This document shows positions 1 through 13,510 of a stretch of DNA of 64,000 bases, in pieces; position 1 is the first letter of the stretch; the number at the start of each line of letters is the position of its first letter. A program made the translations under genes and the position numbers. This DNA is from Macrostomum hystrix (taxonomy: Eukaryota > Animalia > Platyhelminthes): the NCBI GenBank assembly GCA_950097015.1, contig CATNEN010000038.1, positions 32,116,001 through 32,180,000 on the forward strand, in the 5' to 3' direction. The notes under the pieces were generated by a model. The model searched no databases, had not been told where the DNA came from, and saw nothing but the letters and a program-made list of their open reading frames with translations.

Positions 1-779
1 CTGGCGTCTAACAAAACTTTTTTTGAATCATGCACTGGATCAGTATACAAAATTTTGTAATTATAATAAGATTAGGAATTTATTCAAAAATGTTTTTCCT
101 TACTTTAATTGACTGGTATTTAATTTGTTGATTTAATTATTGTTTCAAAAAACGGTCGGGTTGCTAATTTTCTCATTTAATTCTTGGATTGTAAATAAAC
201 AGCCAGGTGTTAGAGAACACCAGTCCTGTTTTGAGTATTGTATTCAATAAGAGTTAAGGTTGCGCTAATTGATGCATAGAGAATGAGACAAAAGCACTTA
301 AAACTAACTGTTAACTGTGAGATGTGCGATCAAACAAAGGAACAATAGCATCTAGATAATGCAGCTATCAATGAGCTTAGTATATTAGAATTTTGCAAAT
401 CCAATGATGCTTCATCATAATAGATAAAAACACTGACAATGGAGCATTGTGAAACTAATGCTTGCTCATTTTCAGCTAAAATTGTTGCTTTTGCAATAGT
501 TACCGTTTTGCTTCACAGCAATGAGATGGCGACAAATCAGGAAATTTATTTCTCAGTGAGTCCACGGACTGAAATAAAAGGCTCTATCGATTTCTGCTTC
601 GTGATTAATTGCTCAAAGTGCTGCTAGGGCAACAAGACAAGGACATTAAGCAAGCTAGAACGGTCTCGAAAAGGATATATAAATTAACTCTATTTTATGA
701 CAGGAAGTGTCCTCCTTTAAGGTGTCTCAACCTAATGAAAAATGTCATCCACTTACTGATGATCTTAAGACACTTGATG

Positions 780-897
780 CACTGTTTTACAGCAATAGTT
801 TAGTGATTCCACTTGTGCACTGTTTTACAGTAATAGTTTAGTGATTCCACTTGTGCACTGTTTTACAGCAATAGTTTAGTGATTCCACTTGTGCACT
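780..897. repeat. 38-bp tandem repeat x3 (x5 at ~5247-5440 in copy B)
   Basis: Unit cactgttttacagcaatagtttagtgattccacttgtg. Confidence 0.9.
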
Positions 898-917
898 ATC
901 TCAGAATTCAATGTGGC

Positions 918-2100
918 TTTCTGTCTAGTCTCTGTCTAGTCTCTGTCTAGTCTCTAGTCTCTGTCTAGTCTCTGTCTAGTCTCTGTCTAGTTTCTGTCTA
1001 GTCTCTAGTCTCTGTCTAGTTTCTGTCTAGTCTCTAGTCTCTGTCTAGTTTCTGTCTAGTCTCTAGTTTCTGTCTAGTTTCTGTCTAGTTTCTGTCTAGT
1101 TTCTGTCTAGTTTCTAGTAGCTGTCTAGTCTCTGTCTAGTTTCTGTCTAGTCTCTGTCTAGTCTCTGTCTAGTTTCTGTCTAGTCTCTGTCTAGTCTATG
1201 TCTAGTCTCTGTCTAGTTTCTGTCTAGTTTCTGTCTAGTTTCTGTCTAGTCTCTAGTTTCTGTCTAGTTTCTGTCTAGTCTCTAGTCTCTGTCTAGTCTC
1301 TGTCTAGTCTCTAGTAGCTGTCTAGTCTCTGTCTAGTTTCTGTCTAGTTTCTGTCTAGTCTCCAGTTTCTGTCTAGTTTCTGTCTAGTTTCTGTCTAGTT
1401 TCTAGTAGCTGTCTAGTCTCTAGTTTCTGTCTAGTTTCTGTCTAGTTTCTAGTAGCTGTCTAGTCTCTAGCTTCTGTCTAGTTTCTGTCTAGTTTCTGTC
1501 TAGTTTCTGTCTAGTTACTGTCTAGTTTCTGTCTAGTTTCTGTCTAGTCTCTAGTTTCTGTCTAGTTTCTGTCTAGTTTCTGTCTAGTTTCTGTCTAGTC
1601 TCTAGTTTCTGTCTAGTTTCTGTCTAGTTTCTGTCTAGTTTCTGTCTAGTTTCTGTCTAGTTTCTGTCTAGTCTCTAGTCTCTGTCTAGTCTCTGTCTAG
1701 TCTCTGTCTAGTTTCTAGTAGCTGTCTAGTCTCTAGTTTCTGTCTAGTTTCTGTCTAGTCTCTAGTCTCTGTCTAGTCTCTGTCTAGTCTCTGTCTAGTT
1801 TCTAGTAGCTGTCTAGTCTCTAGTTTCTGTCTAGTTTCTGTCTAGTTTCTGTCTAGTTTCTGTCTAGTCTCTAGTTTCTGTCTAGTCTCTAGTTTCTGTC
1901 TAGTTTCTGTCTAGTTTCTGTCTAGTCTCTAGTTTCTGTCTAGTTTCTGTCTAGTTTCTGTCTAGTTTCTGTCTAGTCTCTGTCTAGTTTCTGTCTAGTT
2001 TCTGTCTAGTTTCTGTCTAGTTTCTGTCTAGTCTCTGTCTAGTTTCTGTCTAGTTTCTGTCTAGTTTTTGTCTAGTTTCTGTCTAGTTTCTGTCTAGTTT
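918..2100. repeat. 10-bp minisatellite (TTCTGTCTAG)n
   Basis: Directly visible, with 8-bp variant units. Confidence 0.97.
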
Positions 2101-2829
2101 CTCCCAGCTGTAAAATGAGTTCCAGGGGTGTAAATCAGACTAGTTCACAGACTGAATAGCTGCTGTACATATTATTGTCTATGAAAGCTGTACTACTGGC
2201 TCTACAATTGGTCAAACTAGACTAGGTGTACTCATAATTTATGTCCCATTATTTTCATTGTAAAGCCACTCAGTGAGTTTTTGAAAACTGTTTCCATAGA
2301 TAAATTTGTTTTAATCAGTGAAATATGTTTGAATAAAACAAAATACAATAATTTCCTACGGGTTGTGATTCTTTGTTTCAAAAAATTAAGCAAGTGACTT
2401 TGACAGACAGTGCTTGGCTGAAGGGAAAGATTAATTATAAGTACCCGGGAAATGTGTGGACTTAGGCCTTAGGCAGTATTTTCGTTAAAGACATGGGTAT
2501 CTGCACTCAGTCGAACTTTCATTTGTGTAATGTAAAATTACTCCGAGCAGGCTGTGAAACTGGCTTTTTTTCAGGCAATGCGATTTTTGTATCCTGCTGT
2601 CTCGCGATTCAGATTTCTTGCTTAATATTGGAGTCGTTTATTGAAGGTGTCTCAATTTATTTTTGTCTGTGTTTTGATTGTGTTTTCTATGCTTATAATG
2701 CTAAATTAAAAATAAATGTTTTTATGGATTCTGGCACAATCTAAATTTATATTGAAGACACGGGATCCGAGAGAGAGAGAAAAACATGGTTTGAGAAAAG
2801 AGACGAACGTAAAATCATGCAAGCATTGG

Positions 2830-4400
2830 ATAGGAGAGATGAGGCACAGAACCGATGATACCACCGAGACGAGACAGGGGATAAATGAGACATGGGAGAG
2901 ATGAGAAATAAAAGGGATCAGACACGGGAGAGATGAGACACGGGCAGCGATGAGACACGGGAGAGATGAGACACGGGAGAGAGGACACACGGGAGAGATG
3001 AGACACGGGAGAGAGGACACACGGGAGAGATGAGACACGGGAGAGATGAGACACGGGAGAGATGAGACTGGGGAGAGATGAGACACGGGAGAGATGAGAC
3101 ACGGAAGAGATGAGACACGGGAGAGATGAGACACGGGAGAGATGAGACACGGGGAGAGATGAGACACGGGAGAGAATGAGACATGGGGAGCGATGAGACA
3201 CGGGAGAGATGAGACACGGAAGAGATGAGACACGGGAGAGATGAGACACGGGAGAGATGAGACACAGGAGAGATGAGACACGGGAGAGATGAGACACGGG
3301 AGAGATGAGACACGGGAGGGATGAGACAGGGGAGAGATGAGACAGGGGAGCGATGAGACACGGGAGAGATGAGACACGGGAGAGATGAGACAGGAGAGCG
3401 ATGAGACACAGGAGAGATGAGACACGGGGAGAGATGAGACACGGGAGAGATGAGACACGGGGAGAGATGAGACACAGTGAGAGATAAGACATGGGGAGCG
3501 ATGAGACAGGGGAGAGATGAGACACGGGGAGAGATGAGACACGGGGAGAGATGAGACACGGGGAGAGATGAGACATGGGGAGCGATGAGACACGGGAGAG
3601 ATGAGACAGGAGAGCGATGAGACACAGGAGAGATGAGACACGGGAGAGATGAGACACGGGAGAGATGAGACACGGGAGGGATGAGACAGGGGAGAGATGA
3701 GACTGGGGAGAGATAGGAGAGATGAGGCACAGAACCGATGATACCACCGAGACGAGACAGGGGATAAATGAGACATGGGAGAGATGAGAAATAAAAGGGA
3801 TCAGACACGGGAGAGATGAGACACGGGCAGCGATGAGACACGGGAGAGATGAGATATAAAAGGGATGAGACACGGGAGAGATGAGACACGGGCAGCGATG
3901 AGACACGGGAGAGATGAGATATAAAAGGGATGAGACACGGGAGAGATGAGATATAAAAGGGATGAGACACGGGAGAGATGAGACACGGGCAGCGATGAGA
4001 CACGGGAGAGATGAGACACGGGAGAGATGATACACGGGAGAGATGAGACGCGGGAGAGATGAGACACGGGAGAGATGAGACACGGGGAGAGATGAGACAC
4101 AGTGAGAGATAAGACATGGGGAGCGATGAGACAGGGGAGAGATGAGACACGGGGAGAGATGAGACACGGGGAGAGATGAGACACGGGGAGAGATGAGACA
4201 CGGGGAGAGATGAGACATGGGGAGCGATGAGACACGGGAGAGATGAGACACGGGAGAGATGAGACACGGGGAGCGATGAGACAGGGGAGAGATGAGACAC
4301 GGGAGAGATGAGACACGGGAGAGATGAGACACGGGAGAGATGACACACGGGAGAGATGAGACACGGGAGCGATGAGAAACGGGAGAGATGAGACACGGGA
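2830..4400. repeat. 16-bp minisatellite (GGGAGAGATGAGACAC)n
   Basis: Directly visible; source of the spurious SHLSRVSSLPCLISP ORFs. Confidence 0.97.
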
Positions 4401-5460
4401 AAAGAGTTTTGAAAGGACCAGGGTGTCACTGGCGTCTAACAAAACTTTTTTGAATCATGCACTGGATCAGTATACAAAATTTTGTAATTATAATAAGATT
4501 AGGAATTTATTCAAAAATGTATTTCCTTACTTTAATTGACTGGTATTTAATTTGTTGATTTAATTATTGTTTCAAAAAACGGTCGGGTTGCTAATTTTCT
4601 CATTTAGCAGCCTGACCTAAGATGTGGACCATTTTAAGCCAGATATTCTTGGATTGTAAATAAACAGCCAGGTGTTAGAGAACACCAGTCCTGTTTTGAG
4701 TATTGTATTCAATAAGAGTTAAGGTTGCGCTAATTGATGCATAGAGAATGAGACAAAAGCACTTAAAACTAACTGTTAACTGTGAGATGTGCGATTAAAC
4801 AAAGGAACAATAGCATCTAGATAATGCAGCTATCAATGAGCTTAGTATATTAGAATTTTGCAAATCCAATGATGCTTCATCATAATAGATAAAAACACTG
4901 ACAATGGAGCATTGTGAAACTAATGCTTGCTCATTTTCAGCTAAAATTGTTGCTTTTGCAATATTTACCGTTTTGCTTCACAGCAATGAGATGGCGACAA
5001 ATCAGGAAATTTATTTCTCAGTTTGAGTCCACGGACTGAAATAAAAGGCTCTATCGATTTCTGCTTCGTGATTAATTGCTCAAAGTGCTGCTAGGGCAAC
5101 AAGACAAGGACATTAAGCAAGCTAGAACGGTCTCGAAAAGGATATATAAATTAACTCTATTTTATGACAGGAAGTGTCCTCCTTTAAGGTGTCTCAACCT
5201 AATGAAAAATGTCATCCACTTACTGATGATCTTAAGACACTTGATGCACTGTTTTACAGCAATAGTTTAGTGATTCCACTTGTGCACTGTTTTACAGTAA
5301 TAGTTTAGTGATTCCACTTGTGCACTGTTTTACAGCAATAGTTTAGTGATTCCACTTGTGCACTGTTTTACAGCAATAGTTTAGTGATTCCACTTGTGCA
5401 CTGTTTTACAGCAATAGTTTAGTGATTCCACTTGTGCACTATCTCAGAATTCAATGTGGC

Positions 5461-6150
5461 TTTCTGTCTAGTCTCTGTCTAGTCTCTGTCTAGTCTCTAG
5501 TCTCTGTCTAGTCTCTGTCTAGTCTCTGTCTAGTTTCTGTCTAGTCTCTAGTCTCTGTCTAGTTTCTGTCTAGTCTCTAGTTTCTGTCTAGTTTCTGTCT
5601 AGTTTCTGTCTAGTTTCTGTCTAGTTTCTGTCTAGTTTATCTCTAGTTTCTGTCTAGTTTCTGTCTAGTTTCTGTCTAGTTTATCTCTAGTTTCTGTCTA
5701 GTCTCTAGTTTCTGTCTAGTTTCTCTCTAGTTTCTGTCTAGTCTCTAGTTTCTGTCTAGTTTCTGTCTAGTTTCTGTCTAGTCTCTGTCTAGTCTCTGTC
5801 TAGTTTCTGTCTAGTTTCTGTCTAGTTTCTGTCTAGTCTCTGTCTAGTCTCTTTCTAGTTTCTGTCTAGTTTCTGTCTAGTTTCTGTCTAGTTTCTGTCT
5901 AGTTTCTGTCTAGTTTCTGTCTAGTTTCTGTCTAGTTTCTGTCTAGTTTCTGTCTAGTTTCTGTCTAGTTTCTGTCTAGTTTATCTCTAGTTTCTGTCTA
6001 GTCTCTAGTTTCTGTCTAGTCTCTAGTTTCTGTCTAGTTTCTCTCTAGTTTCTGTCTAGTTTCTGTCTAGTTTCTGTCTAGTTTCTGTCTAGTTTCTGTC
6101 TAGTTTCTGTCTAGTTTCTGTCTAGTTTCTGTCTAGTTTCTGTCTAGTTT
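5461..6150. repeat. 10-bp minisatellite (TTCTGTCTAG)n, copy B
   Basis: Directly visible; shorter than the array in copy A. Confidence 0.97.
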
Positions 6151-6879
6151 CTCCCAGCTGTAAAATGAGTTCCAGGGGTGTAAATCAGACTAGTTCACAG
6201 ACTGAATAGCTGCTGTACATATTATTGTCTATGAAGGCTGTACTACTGGCTCTACAATTGGTCAAACTAGACTAGGTGTACTCGTAATTTATATCCCATT
6301 ATTTTCACGGTAAAGCCACTTAGTGAGTTTTTGAAAACTGTTTCCATAGATAAATTTGTTTTAATCAGTGAAATATGTTTGAATAAAACAAAATACAATA
6401 ATTTCCTACGGGTTGTGATTCTTTGTTTCAAAAAATTAAGCAAGTGACTTTGACAGACAGTGCTTGGCTGAAGAGAAAGGTTAATTATAAGTACCTGGGA
6501 AATGTGTGGACTTAGGCCTTAGGCAGTATTTTCGTTAAAGACATGGGTATCTGCACTCAGTCGACCTTTCATTTGTGTAATGTAAAATTACTCCGAGCAG
6601 GCTGTGAAACTGGCTTTTTTCAGGCAATGCGACTTTTGTATCCTGCTGTCTCGCGATTCAGATTTCTTGCTTAATATTGGAGTCGTTTATTGAAGGTGTC
6701 TGAATTTATTTTTGTCTGTGTTTTGATTGTGTTTTCTATGCATATGTTGCTAAATTAAAAATAAATGTTTTTATGGATTCTGGCACAATCTAAATTTATA
6801 TTGAAGACACGGGATCCGAGGGAGAGAATAAATATTGGTTTGAGAAAAGAGACGAACGTAAAATCATGCAAGCATTGGA

Positions 6880-7730
6880 TAGGAGAGATGAGGCACAGAA
6901 CCGATGATACCACCGAGACGAGACAGGGGATAAATGAGACACGGGAGAGATGAGACATGAAAGGGATGAGACACGGGAGAGATGAGACACGGGAGAGATG
7001 AGATACGGGAGAGAGATGAGATACGGGAGAGATGAGACACGGGAGAGATGAGATACGGGAGAGAGATGAGATACGGGAGAGAGATGAGATACGGGAGAGA
7101 TGAGACACGGGAGAGATGAGACATGAAAGGGATGAGACACGGGAGAGATGAGACACGGGAGAGATGAGATACGGGAGAGAGATGAGATACGAGAGAGATG
7201 AGACACGGGGAGAGATGAGACACGGGAGATACGAGACACGGGAGAGACGAGACACGGGAGAGATGAGACACGGGAGAGATGATACACGGGAGAGATGAGA
7301 CACGGGAGAGATGATACACGGGAGAGATGAGACACGGGAGATACGAGACACGGGAGAGATGAGACACGGGAGAGATGAGACACGGGAGAGATGAAACACG
7401 GGAGAGATGAGACACGGGAGAGATGAGATACGGGGAGAGATGAGACACGGGAGAAACGAGACACGGGAGAGATGAGACACGGGAGAGATGATACACGGGA
7501 GAGATGAGACACGGGAGAGATGATACACGGGAGAGATGAGACACGGGAGATACGAGACACGGGAGAGATGAGACACGGGAGAGATGAGACACGGGAGAGA
7601 TGAAACACGGGAGAGATGAGACACGGGAGAGATGATACACGGGAGAGATGAGACACGGGAGAGATGAGACACAGGAGAGATGAGACTGGGGAGAGATGAG
7701 ACACGGGAGATACGAGACACGAGACAGGGG
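6880..7730. repeat. 16-bp minisatellite (GGGAGAGATGAGACAC)n, copy B
   Basis: Directly visible. Confidence 0.97.
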
Positions 7731-8755
7731 AGAAGCAGGCAGTGTTTGTCAGCGGATGTTAGGGGCCAGAGCCAGATCTTTTCAACCCGTCCAACCAATA
7801 GGTAATGTTAGCTGGAACACTCTTGATTGCAAAATTTGTCAAGCGCTTTAGCATTAAAAAAATTGAATTGAAAAGGTCGGGAAGTCATTTAAATCGAGCT
7901 GTTTGCTATAAAGTGCTCAGCGCAATGCGCTCTTTGAAAAAGCGCTGAAATTGCTGGCGCGGCAGCAGAGCTTGCTCCACAACTCCTTTGTAGATTTGTT
8001 TGGCACCAATTTCTGTTCCGCTTTGAGTAAATATTATCTATCGGGCATGCATGCGCTGCCACAAATTTGCACTTTTAATTCCCTGCTCTCCTCCACTCAA
8101 ACCCTGGCGATGATGACGTCAATGGCCTGCGCGCCTTAGAGTCCGAGCAGCAGTATTAGGAGAGGGTGGGACAGGACAAGAACTGGGGGAAGGGAGAACT
8201 GTTCGAGAAAGGACAAAAACTAGAGGGACATTTGGGGGTGGCAGAGAGACGAGAGTGAGAGAGGAAATTCTCGGTGCTTTGGGTTCAGCGAAATTTTCAT
8301 TGCTCCTTCTGTTGCCCCGTCTTCCCTTCCCCCCCCATTTTTCTACTGCCGTCTCCCCAACCGCCGAACGCCCCCGACCACTTGCCGTGCACTCTTACAG
8401 TGAATCCTTGCCTAGATATTGCGCGTCAGCGTTGAAACGCCGCGGCCTGTGCCTAAAAATAGAACTCACACTAGCCAGCGGTGGCACCCCCGCGCTGTCT
8501 CTGCGTCTCCCAATGCACTCTCTCTCACTGAATGGCCTTCGTGTGGGATTTTTGGGACTGAGATGTGGCGGCAGTCAAATTTGGCATCGGCAGTCTCTGA
8601 TCACCAGGAAGCAGTTGAGGAAGAGAAAGATGTCGCATTCCCCTACCCAACAGTGTGGGGAAAGTGTCTCCATTGAACTTGAAGCTCCTGGGCTGTGCTC
8701 TGTCTGCATGGGTGATTGTGCGGAAAAAATAACAAAACTATAAAGAGCAGCTCAC

Positions 8756-9490
8756 CTGGAGAACGACTGCGGGCACAGGTGGCATTCGTATGGCCTCGTG
8801 TTGCTATGGAGACGGAGATGCCTATTGAGCATGTCGCTGCGGTTGAAACAGCGGCCGCAGAATTGACAGGGGTGACCGCCGCTTGCTGAAGTTGGCGACT
8901 TGGCCGAAGCTCTCCGCCCTGACTGCTGCCTGGAATGCTGTTGCTGCTGCTGCTGTTGCTGCTGCTGCTGATAGAGCTGACTCTGCTGCGGCGGGAACAA
9001 GAAGTGCGGAGTAGGCAGATGGCCGCTGTTCGGAGTTTGGGGCGCGCTTTGGCACAGTCGAAATTGCTCAGTAAAAAAGAATAAATTTGAGTGCGGCTGC
9101 TGCTGTTGCTGCTTTTGATGCTGCATCTGCTGCTGCTGCTGTAGCTGCCTCTGCTGTTGCTGAAGCCTCAACGCCTGCTTGCTCTGCTGCTGCTGCTGCT
9201 GATGCTCGGCAGTGTTGAGGCTAAATGGCGATTGAGTTGGCGAGAACGGATCGGATTCAAAGTCGACAGACGGATGGCTGGACGAGCTGTTGGAACCGAG
9301 GCGACGCTGCTCCGGCATCGAAGCGGAGCTCGAGTGTCTCACTCCCGGCACAGTCAAGAGTCCGAGGCCGCTCGGAGGCATTAGATGTACCGACGAAGGC
9401 TCGTCACGGCCAGACAAGTAGCGATCGCGCAGCAGTTTCTTGTAGCCACCTGCCTGCCCGACCGCATCTGGCGGCGGAGGCGGCGGCGGC

Positions 9491-9530
<40 letters not shown>

Positions 9531-9544
9531 GCTGAAAGAAAGCA

Positions 9545-9595
<51 letters not shown>

Positions 9596-9718
9596 TCATT
9601 AAAAGCTGCTCCACTGGAACCTCCCATTGTTGTGGATGGCCCGCTACTATTGCGTCTGCGCATGCGTTTCTGATAGATTTGAGCCTGCGTCATCTTCTCT
9701 AGTAGACCGGAGAAGTCT

Positions 9719-9795
<77 letters not shown>

Positions 9796-9942
9796 ATAAA
9801 TCTGATGATTCGACAACGGCTGCATCTGCGCTGTCGGCTCGAAGTCAAAGTTCATTTGCCGCTTGACGCCCCTTATTAGCGGCGAGGTGACACTGCTAGC
9901 AGACGGCGGCGGCGAAGTTGACGACGCTTCAACGTTGGACAT
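8756..9942 (-). CDS. First coding exon of a C2H2 zinc-finger transcription factor, klumpfuss/EGR/WT1-like, with polyQ and polyP tracts
   Basis: The ORF ends CQFCGRCFNRSDMLNRHLRLHSNTRPYECHLCPQSFS(R), then a GTGAGC donor at 8755 in the middle of the second finger. RSDML.RH.RLH followed by FSR resembles Klumpfuss-type fingers. I found no continuing exon in 1-8755, so the gene probably runs off the window. There is a likely 5'UTR intron at ~9958-10071 (GTAAGT...TTAG). Confidence 0.85.
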
Positions 9943-10927
9943 TCTCTGTTGCTTCTTCTAAGCAAAGAGTAACAATAAGAGTGTATTTAGGCTAAGATGG
10001 CCTGCTAAATATATGCATTATTTATGCGAATCGGATCTAGGAGAGTCTCAAGCCAACAAAAAAGCACTTACCAGATCGCCGAAAGCTACAAGACAGCAAA
10101 GCCAGCAAAGTGTTTCAATTTAGAAGGAGAGACAAAGGCTAAAGTCCGCTTTAGTTAGATATTTATTGTCCAACTCCGATAGTGCTGACTGCAGTAGAGG
10201 CTTGTGTGTGTGGGGGTGGTTGTTTGAGGCACGCCTTGCACATGCGCTAGCTTCACAATCCAGCTGGCACATCCAGGCTGGCAGTACGATTTGTGGGGGG
10301 GAGGTGCCGTGGTGGCGCACTTATTTTTAAAGTTTTTTCTCTCGCTCTCTCTCCTGTCTGTCTCAGCCTGCAGCCAACCCGCGCCAGGGGGAGGTGGGGT
10401 GGGTAGTCGGAGGGTCTGCACGCGCCTGTCAGAGCCGACCAACCAATGAGGGACTAAGTTGATGGGGACTGCAGTGACTCTCAGTGCTGCTGCTGCCTGC
10501 TGCTGCTGCTGCTGAGGCGGGTGTCGCGGTCAGCAAATTTTGGGGTTGGCTTGTAAAAAGAACTTTTCTTTCGCGTGTTTGTGTGCGATAGAGGGTGCGA
10601 GGGTAGTGACGCACCCTTACACGCGCACTGCATCGGACCCTCGAGAGAGAGAGCTGGCCGGTCTAGGGGGGTGGGGTGGGTCGCGGCTGCATTGCCTGCC
10701 CTGGCCACCATGCGCCTCTTGTTTTTTTCTCTTCTGGTGCTTGAGTGGGCGGGCGGGCCCTGGGTTCGCTCGCGTGGGCGGTTCGGTAGAAGCTTTAGAG
10801 ACCCATTGCCGCAAGGATTATAAAGGCAGACACAAAGACTCAATTGGTTCAAAATTATTCTAAGTGATTCAATTTATGAAGCCACATTCCACAGAATGAC
10901 TCAAGCTCCCTAGATGGTCATAGGCTT

Positions 10928-11288
10928 TTAAGAATATAATAATTGCAGGAGGGCTTCTGGCAATGGCACATCATTTGGTGACACTGGACCCGCAGCCAGC
11001 GAGGAGGCAATTCTGCCCATTCCGCTGACTCCTGGGGCACACACGCACACAGATACTGTACTCAGGCACACGCTCACACAGGTGTGTACATCTGCCCTGA
11101 CTTTCTCATCGTCAGGCAGAGTACACTCACACTGTGCCTTGGAGGTTGGCCCTCGAGGGCGCAAATTGCACGACAAGCCCCCAAGCCTTCTCTCCGCGGC
11201 TGCGCCTTAATTTAATGTGGCCTCACCGCGGAATCGAACTTAGGAACCGTAACGCAAACGCGTTAACGGCTCTGCCACTCATCCCCTT
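10928..11288 (-). mobile_element. tRNA-derived SINE, family A, copy 1
   Basis: On the - strand: A-box-like TGGCAGAGCCG, B box GTTCGATTCC, ~360-bp body and an (ATT)n tail. Flanked by an 11-bp direct repeat GTCATAGGCTT (10917-10927 and 11289-11299), consistent with a TSD. Confidence 0.9.
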
Positions 11289-11815
11289 GTCATAGGCTTG
11301 CCTTTTGCTTTTTATTCATTGTGGAATATTTTTGACAATTAAGCAAAGGCCTTCGAAATTCGGTAGCAACAAAGCTCTATTCCATCTGCTTCTGTTAAAA
11401 TTCAGTCAATTCACGATCGCGACTCCCGGGATCAACTCAATCTGGCTTGTCATGAGCCGACAAGAGGTGAGCCAGGCCGTAGAAAACATACCGCTTCAAT
11501 GGCTCTGCAACTGACAGGTACAATAGAATAGTCAAATTATATATTTTGAATCAATTGCTATGATACAAAAATCGAGATGCTTATTGAATTGACAAGTGTG
11601 AAATAGAAAATTAAAATGAAACGATTTTATTGATTCAAATAAAAGGCACGTCCTTGAAATATTGGAGAGGTCACAGAAAAAAATTAGCTCACAATTTTGT
11701 GTTTACCATTCATCTGCCTGACCTTACAAATAAAGATAGCAAGGATAAACTAAAAGTACACTGTTTTATTCGTAGAAATAACAAGACTGTACAGTTAGAT
11801 TATAGAGTGAAAGGA

Positions 11816-12560
11816 AATTTATTGAGATTGGAGAGTGACAAGTCTGAGATTTATTGAGATTGGAGAGTGACAAGTCTGAGATTTATTGAGATTGGAGAGT
11901 GACAAGTCTGAGATTTATTGAGATTGGAGAGTGACAAGTCTGAGATTTATTGGGGTTGGAGAGTGACAAGTCTGAGATTTATTGAGATTGGAGAGTGACA
12001 AGTCTGAGATTTATTGAGATTGGAGAGTGACAAGTCTGAGATTTATTGAGATTGGAGAGTGACAAGTCTGAGATTTATTGAGATTGGAGAGTGACAAGTC
12101 TGAGATTTATTGAGATTGGAGAGTGACAAGCCTGAGATTTATTGAGATTGAAGAGCGACAAGTCTGAGATTTATTGAGATTGGAGAGTGACAAGTCTGAG
12201 ATTTATTGAGATTGAAGAGCGACAAGCCTGAGATTTATTGAGATTGGAGAGTGACAAGTCTGAGATTTATTGAGATTGGAGAGTGACAAGTCTGAGATTT
12301 ATTGAGATTGGAGAGTGACAAGTCTGAGATTTATTGAGATTGGAGAGTGACAAGCCTGAGATTTATTGAGATTGGAGAGTGACAAGTCTGAGATTTATTG
12401 AGATTGAAGAGCGACAAGCCTGAGATTTATTGAGATTGGAGAGTGACAAGTCTGAGATTTATTGAGATTGGAGAGTGACAAGTCTGAGATTTATTGAGAT
12501 CGATGAGTGACAAGTCTGAGATTTATTGGGTTAGAGAGTGACAAGTCTGAGATATGTTGA
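11816..12560. repeat. 32-bp minisatellite, ~23 copies
   Basis: Unit gagtgacaagtctgagatttattgagattgga. Confidence 0.95.
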
Positions 12561-13392
12561 GAATGAGAGACTGAGATTTTTTAGCTCAAAGTGCACTTGT
12601 TTCGGGTATTGAGATGGACAAGCAAAGACTGAGCAGTGGGCCAGCAGGTGGGGAGTTGTTATAGTTTGCAATTTCGTTGCAAGTTACTGCAATTTCGTCA
12701 TGTAACACACAAATCTGGTTCTCGCATAGTTAAGCGCTGAGCTGTTTTTGTGTCCTGTGGGACACGGGTAGGATTGGGCACAGCCCCTTGGCGTCCTTAA
12801 AATTCTTCTGACGCAATTCTGTCTCCCTTCCCATAGAGGAAGAGAAAAAGAAAAGACAAAAAGGATGAGGGTGCCAATGAGGGGATTAGAAATTTCGCGA
12901 GGAGCTAAAGATGGAATTCGTGTCACTTGATTCATTTGAAATCCAACGCCTGGCTTTGTGTCGCTGGCTAAGAATTTCTTGTCCCGCATTTTATAAATTT
13001 GTTAGGTTGGGATTAAATGATTAAAACAAGTCAATGGGAAAGACTGTGAAAAGACTATCAAATCTGTCTTTAGCTTGCACCTGTATGTCAACCGTTATCT
13101 CCCTGTCGGACTGTTATTAGACACTGTCCAGCACCCCTTACCTAAATAGGCCACAGCGCACAGGCCGGCTCAAGCCATTCCAACCCCACCACCTCAAAGC
13201 CGCCTGCCCACGGCGCGCCCTACCCCCCAACCAATCGCCATGCGAGAGCACAATGGGGGGTGACACAGACGGTGGCCGCAGCCAATCAGATAAAGTGGGG
13301 AGAGAAATTGCGACTAAGCGAGATGAAAACAATAACAAGGGTGAGCTAAACGGGCGTTCACTAATTTGTTTAACACCCAAGTGGTTATCCAA

Positions 13393-13510
13393 AGCGGGTT
13401 GTTGCCTAGTGATTAATAGAGGGTCGGACTCATGACTTAAAGGTCGGGGGTTCGATTCCCGACTCAGTTTTTCAGTTCACCTAGCTGTTAAATGGGTACT
13501 CAGCATTTCC
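13393..13510 (+). mobile_element. Short tRNA-derived SINE (family B) or tRNA-like pseudogene
   Basis: A-box-like TTGCCTAGTGA and B box GGTTCGATTCC, followed by CACCTAGCTGTTAAATGGGTAC, which resembles the conserved central domain of CORE-type SINEs. The cloverleaf is imperfect. Confidence 0.6.

Larger units (their letters stand above)
1..4428. repeat. Tandem segmental duplication, copy A (~4.4 kb; may extend left of the window)
   Basis: The sequence at 1 (ctggcgtctaacaaaac...) recurs at 4429, followed by the same order of unique blocks and minisatellites. Identical small ORFs appear at 609 and 5076. Confidence 0.95.
4429..7735. repeat. Tandem segmental duplication, copy B
   Basis: Near-identical to copy A. 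It has an extra ~37 bp near 4607, scattered SNPs and different minisatellite copy numbers. Confidence 0.95.

Noticed and set aside
11816-12560. 32-bp repeats of CRISPR-like length
   Set aside because: No unique spacers; it is a simple minisatellite.
13393-13470. Functional tRNA-Met gene (CAT in an anticodon-like loop)
   Set aside because: Acceptor and anticodon stems pair poorly, and it is followed by a SINE core-like sequence.
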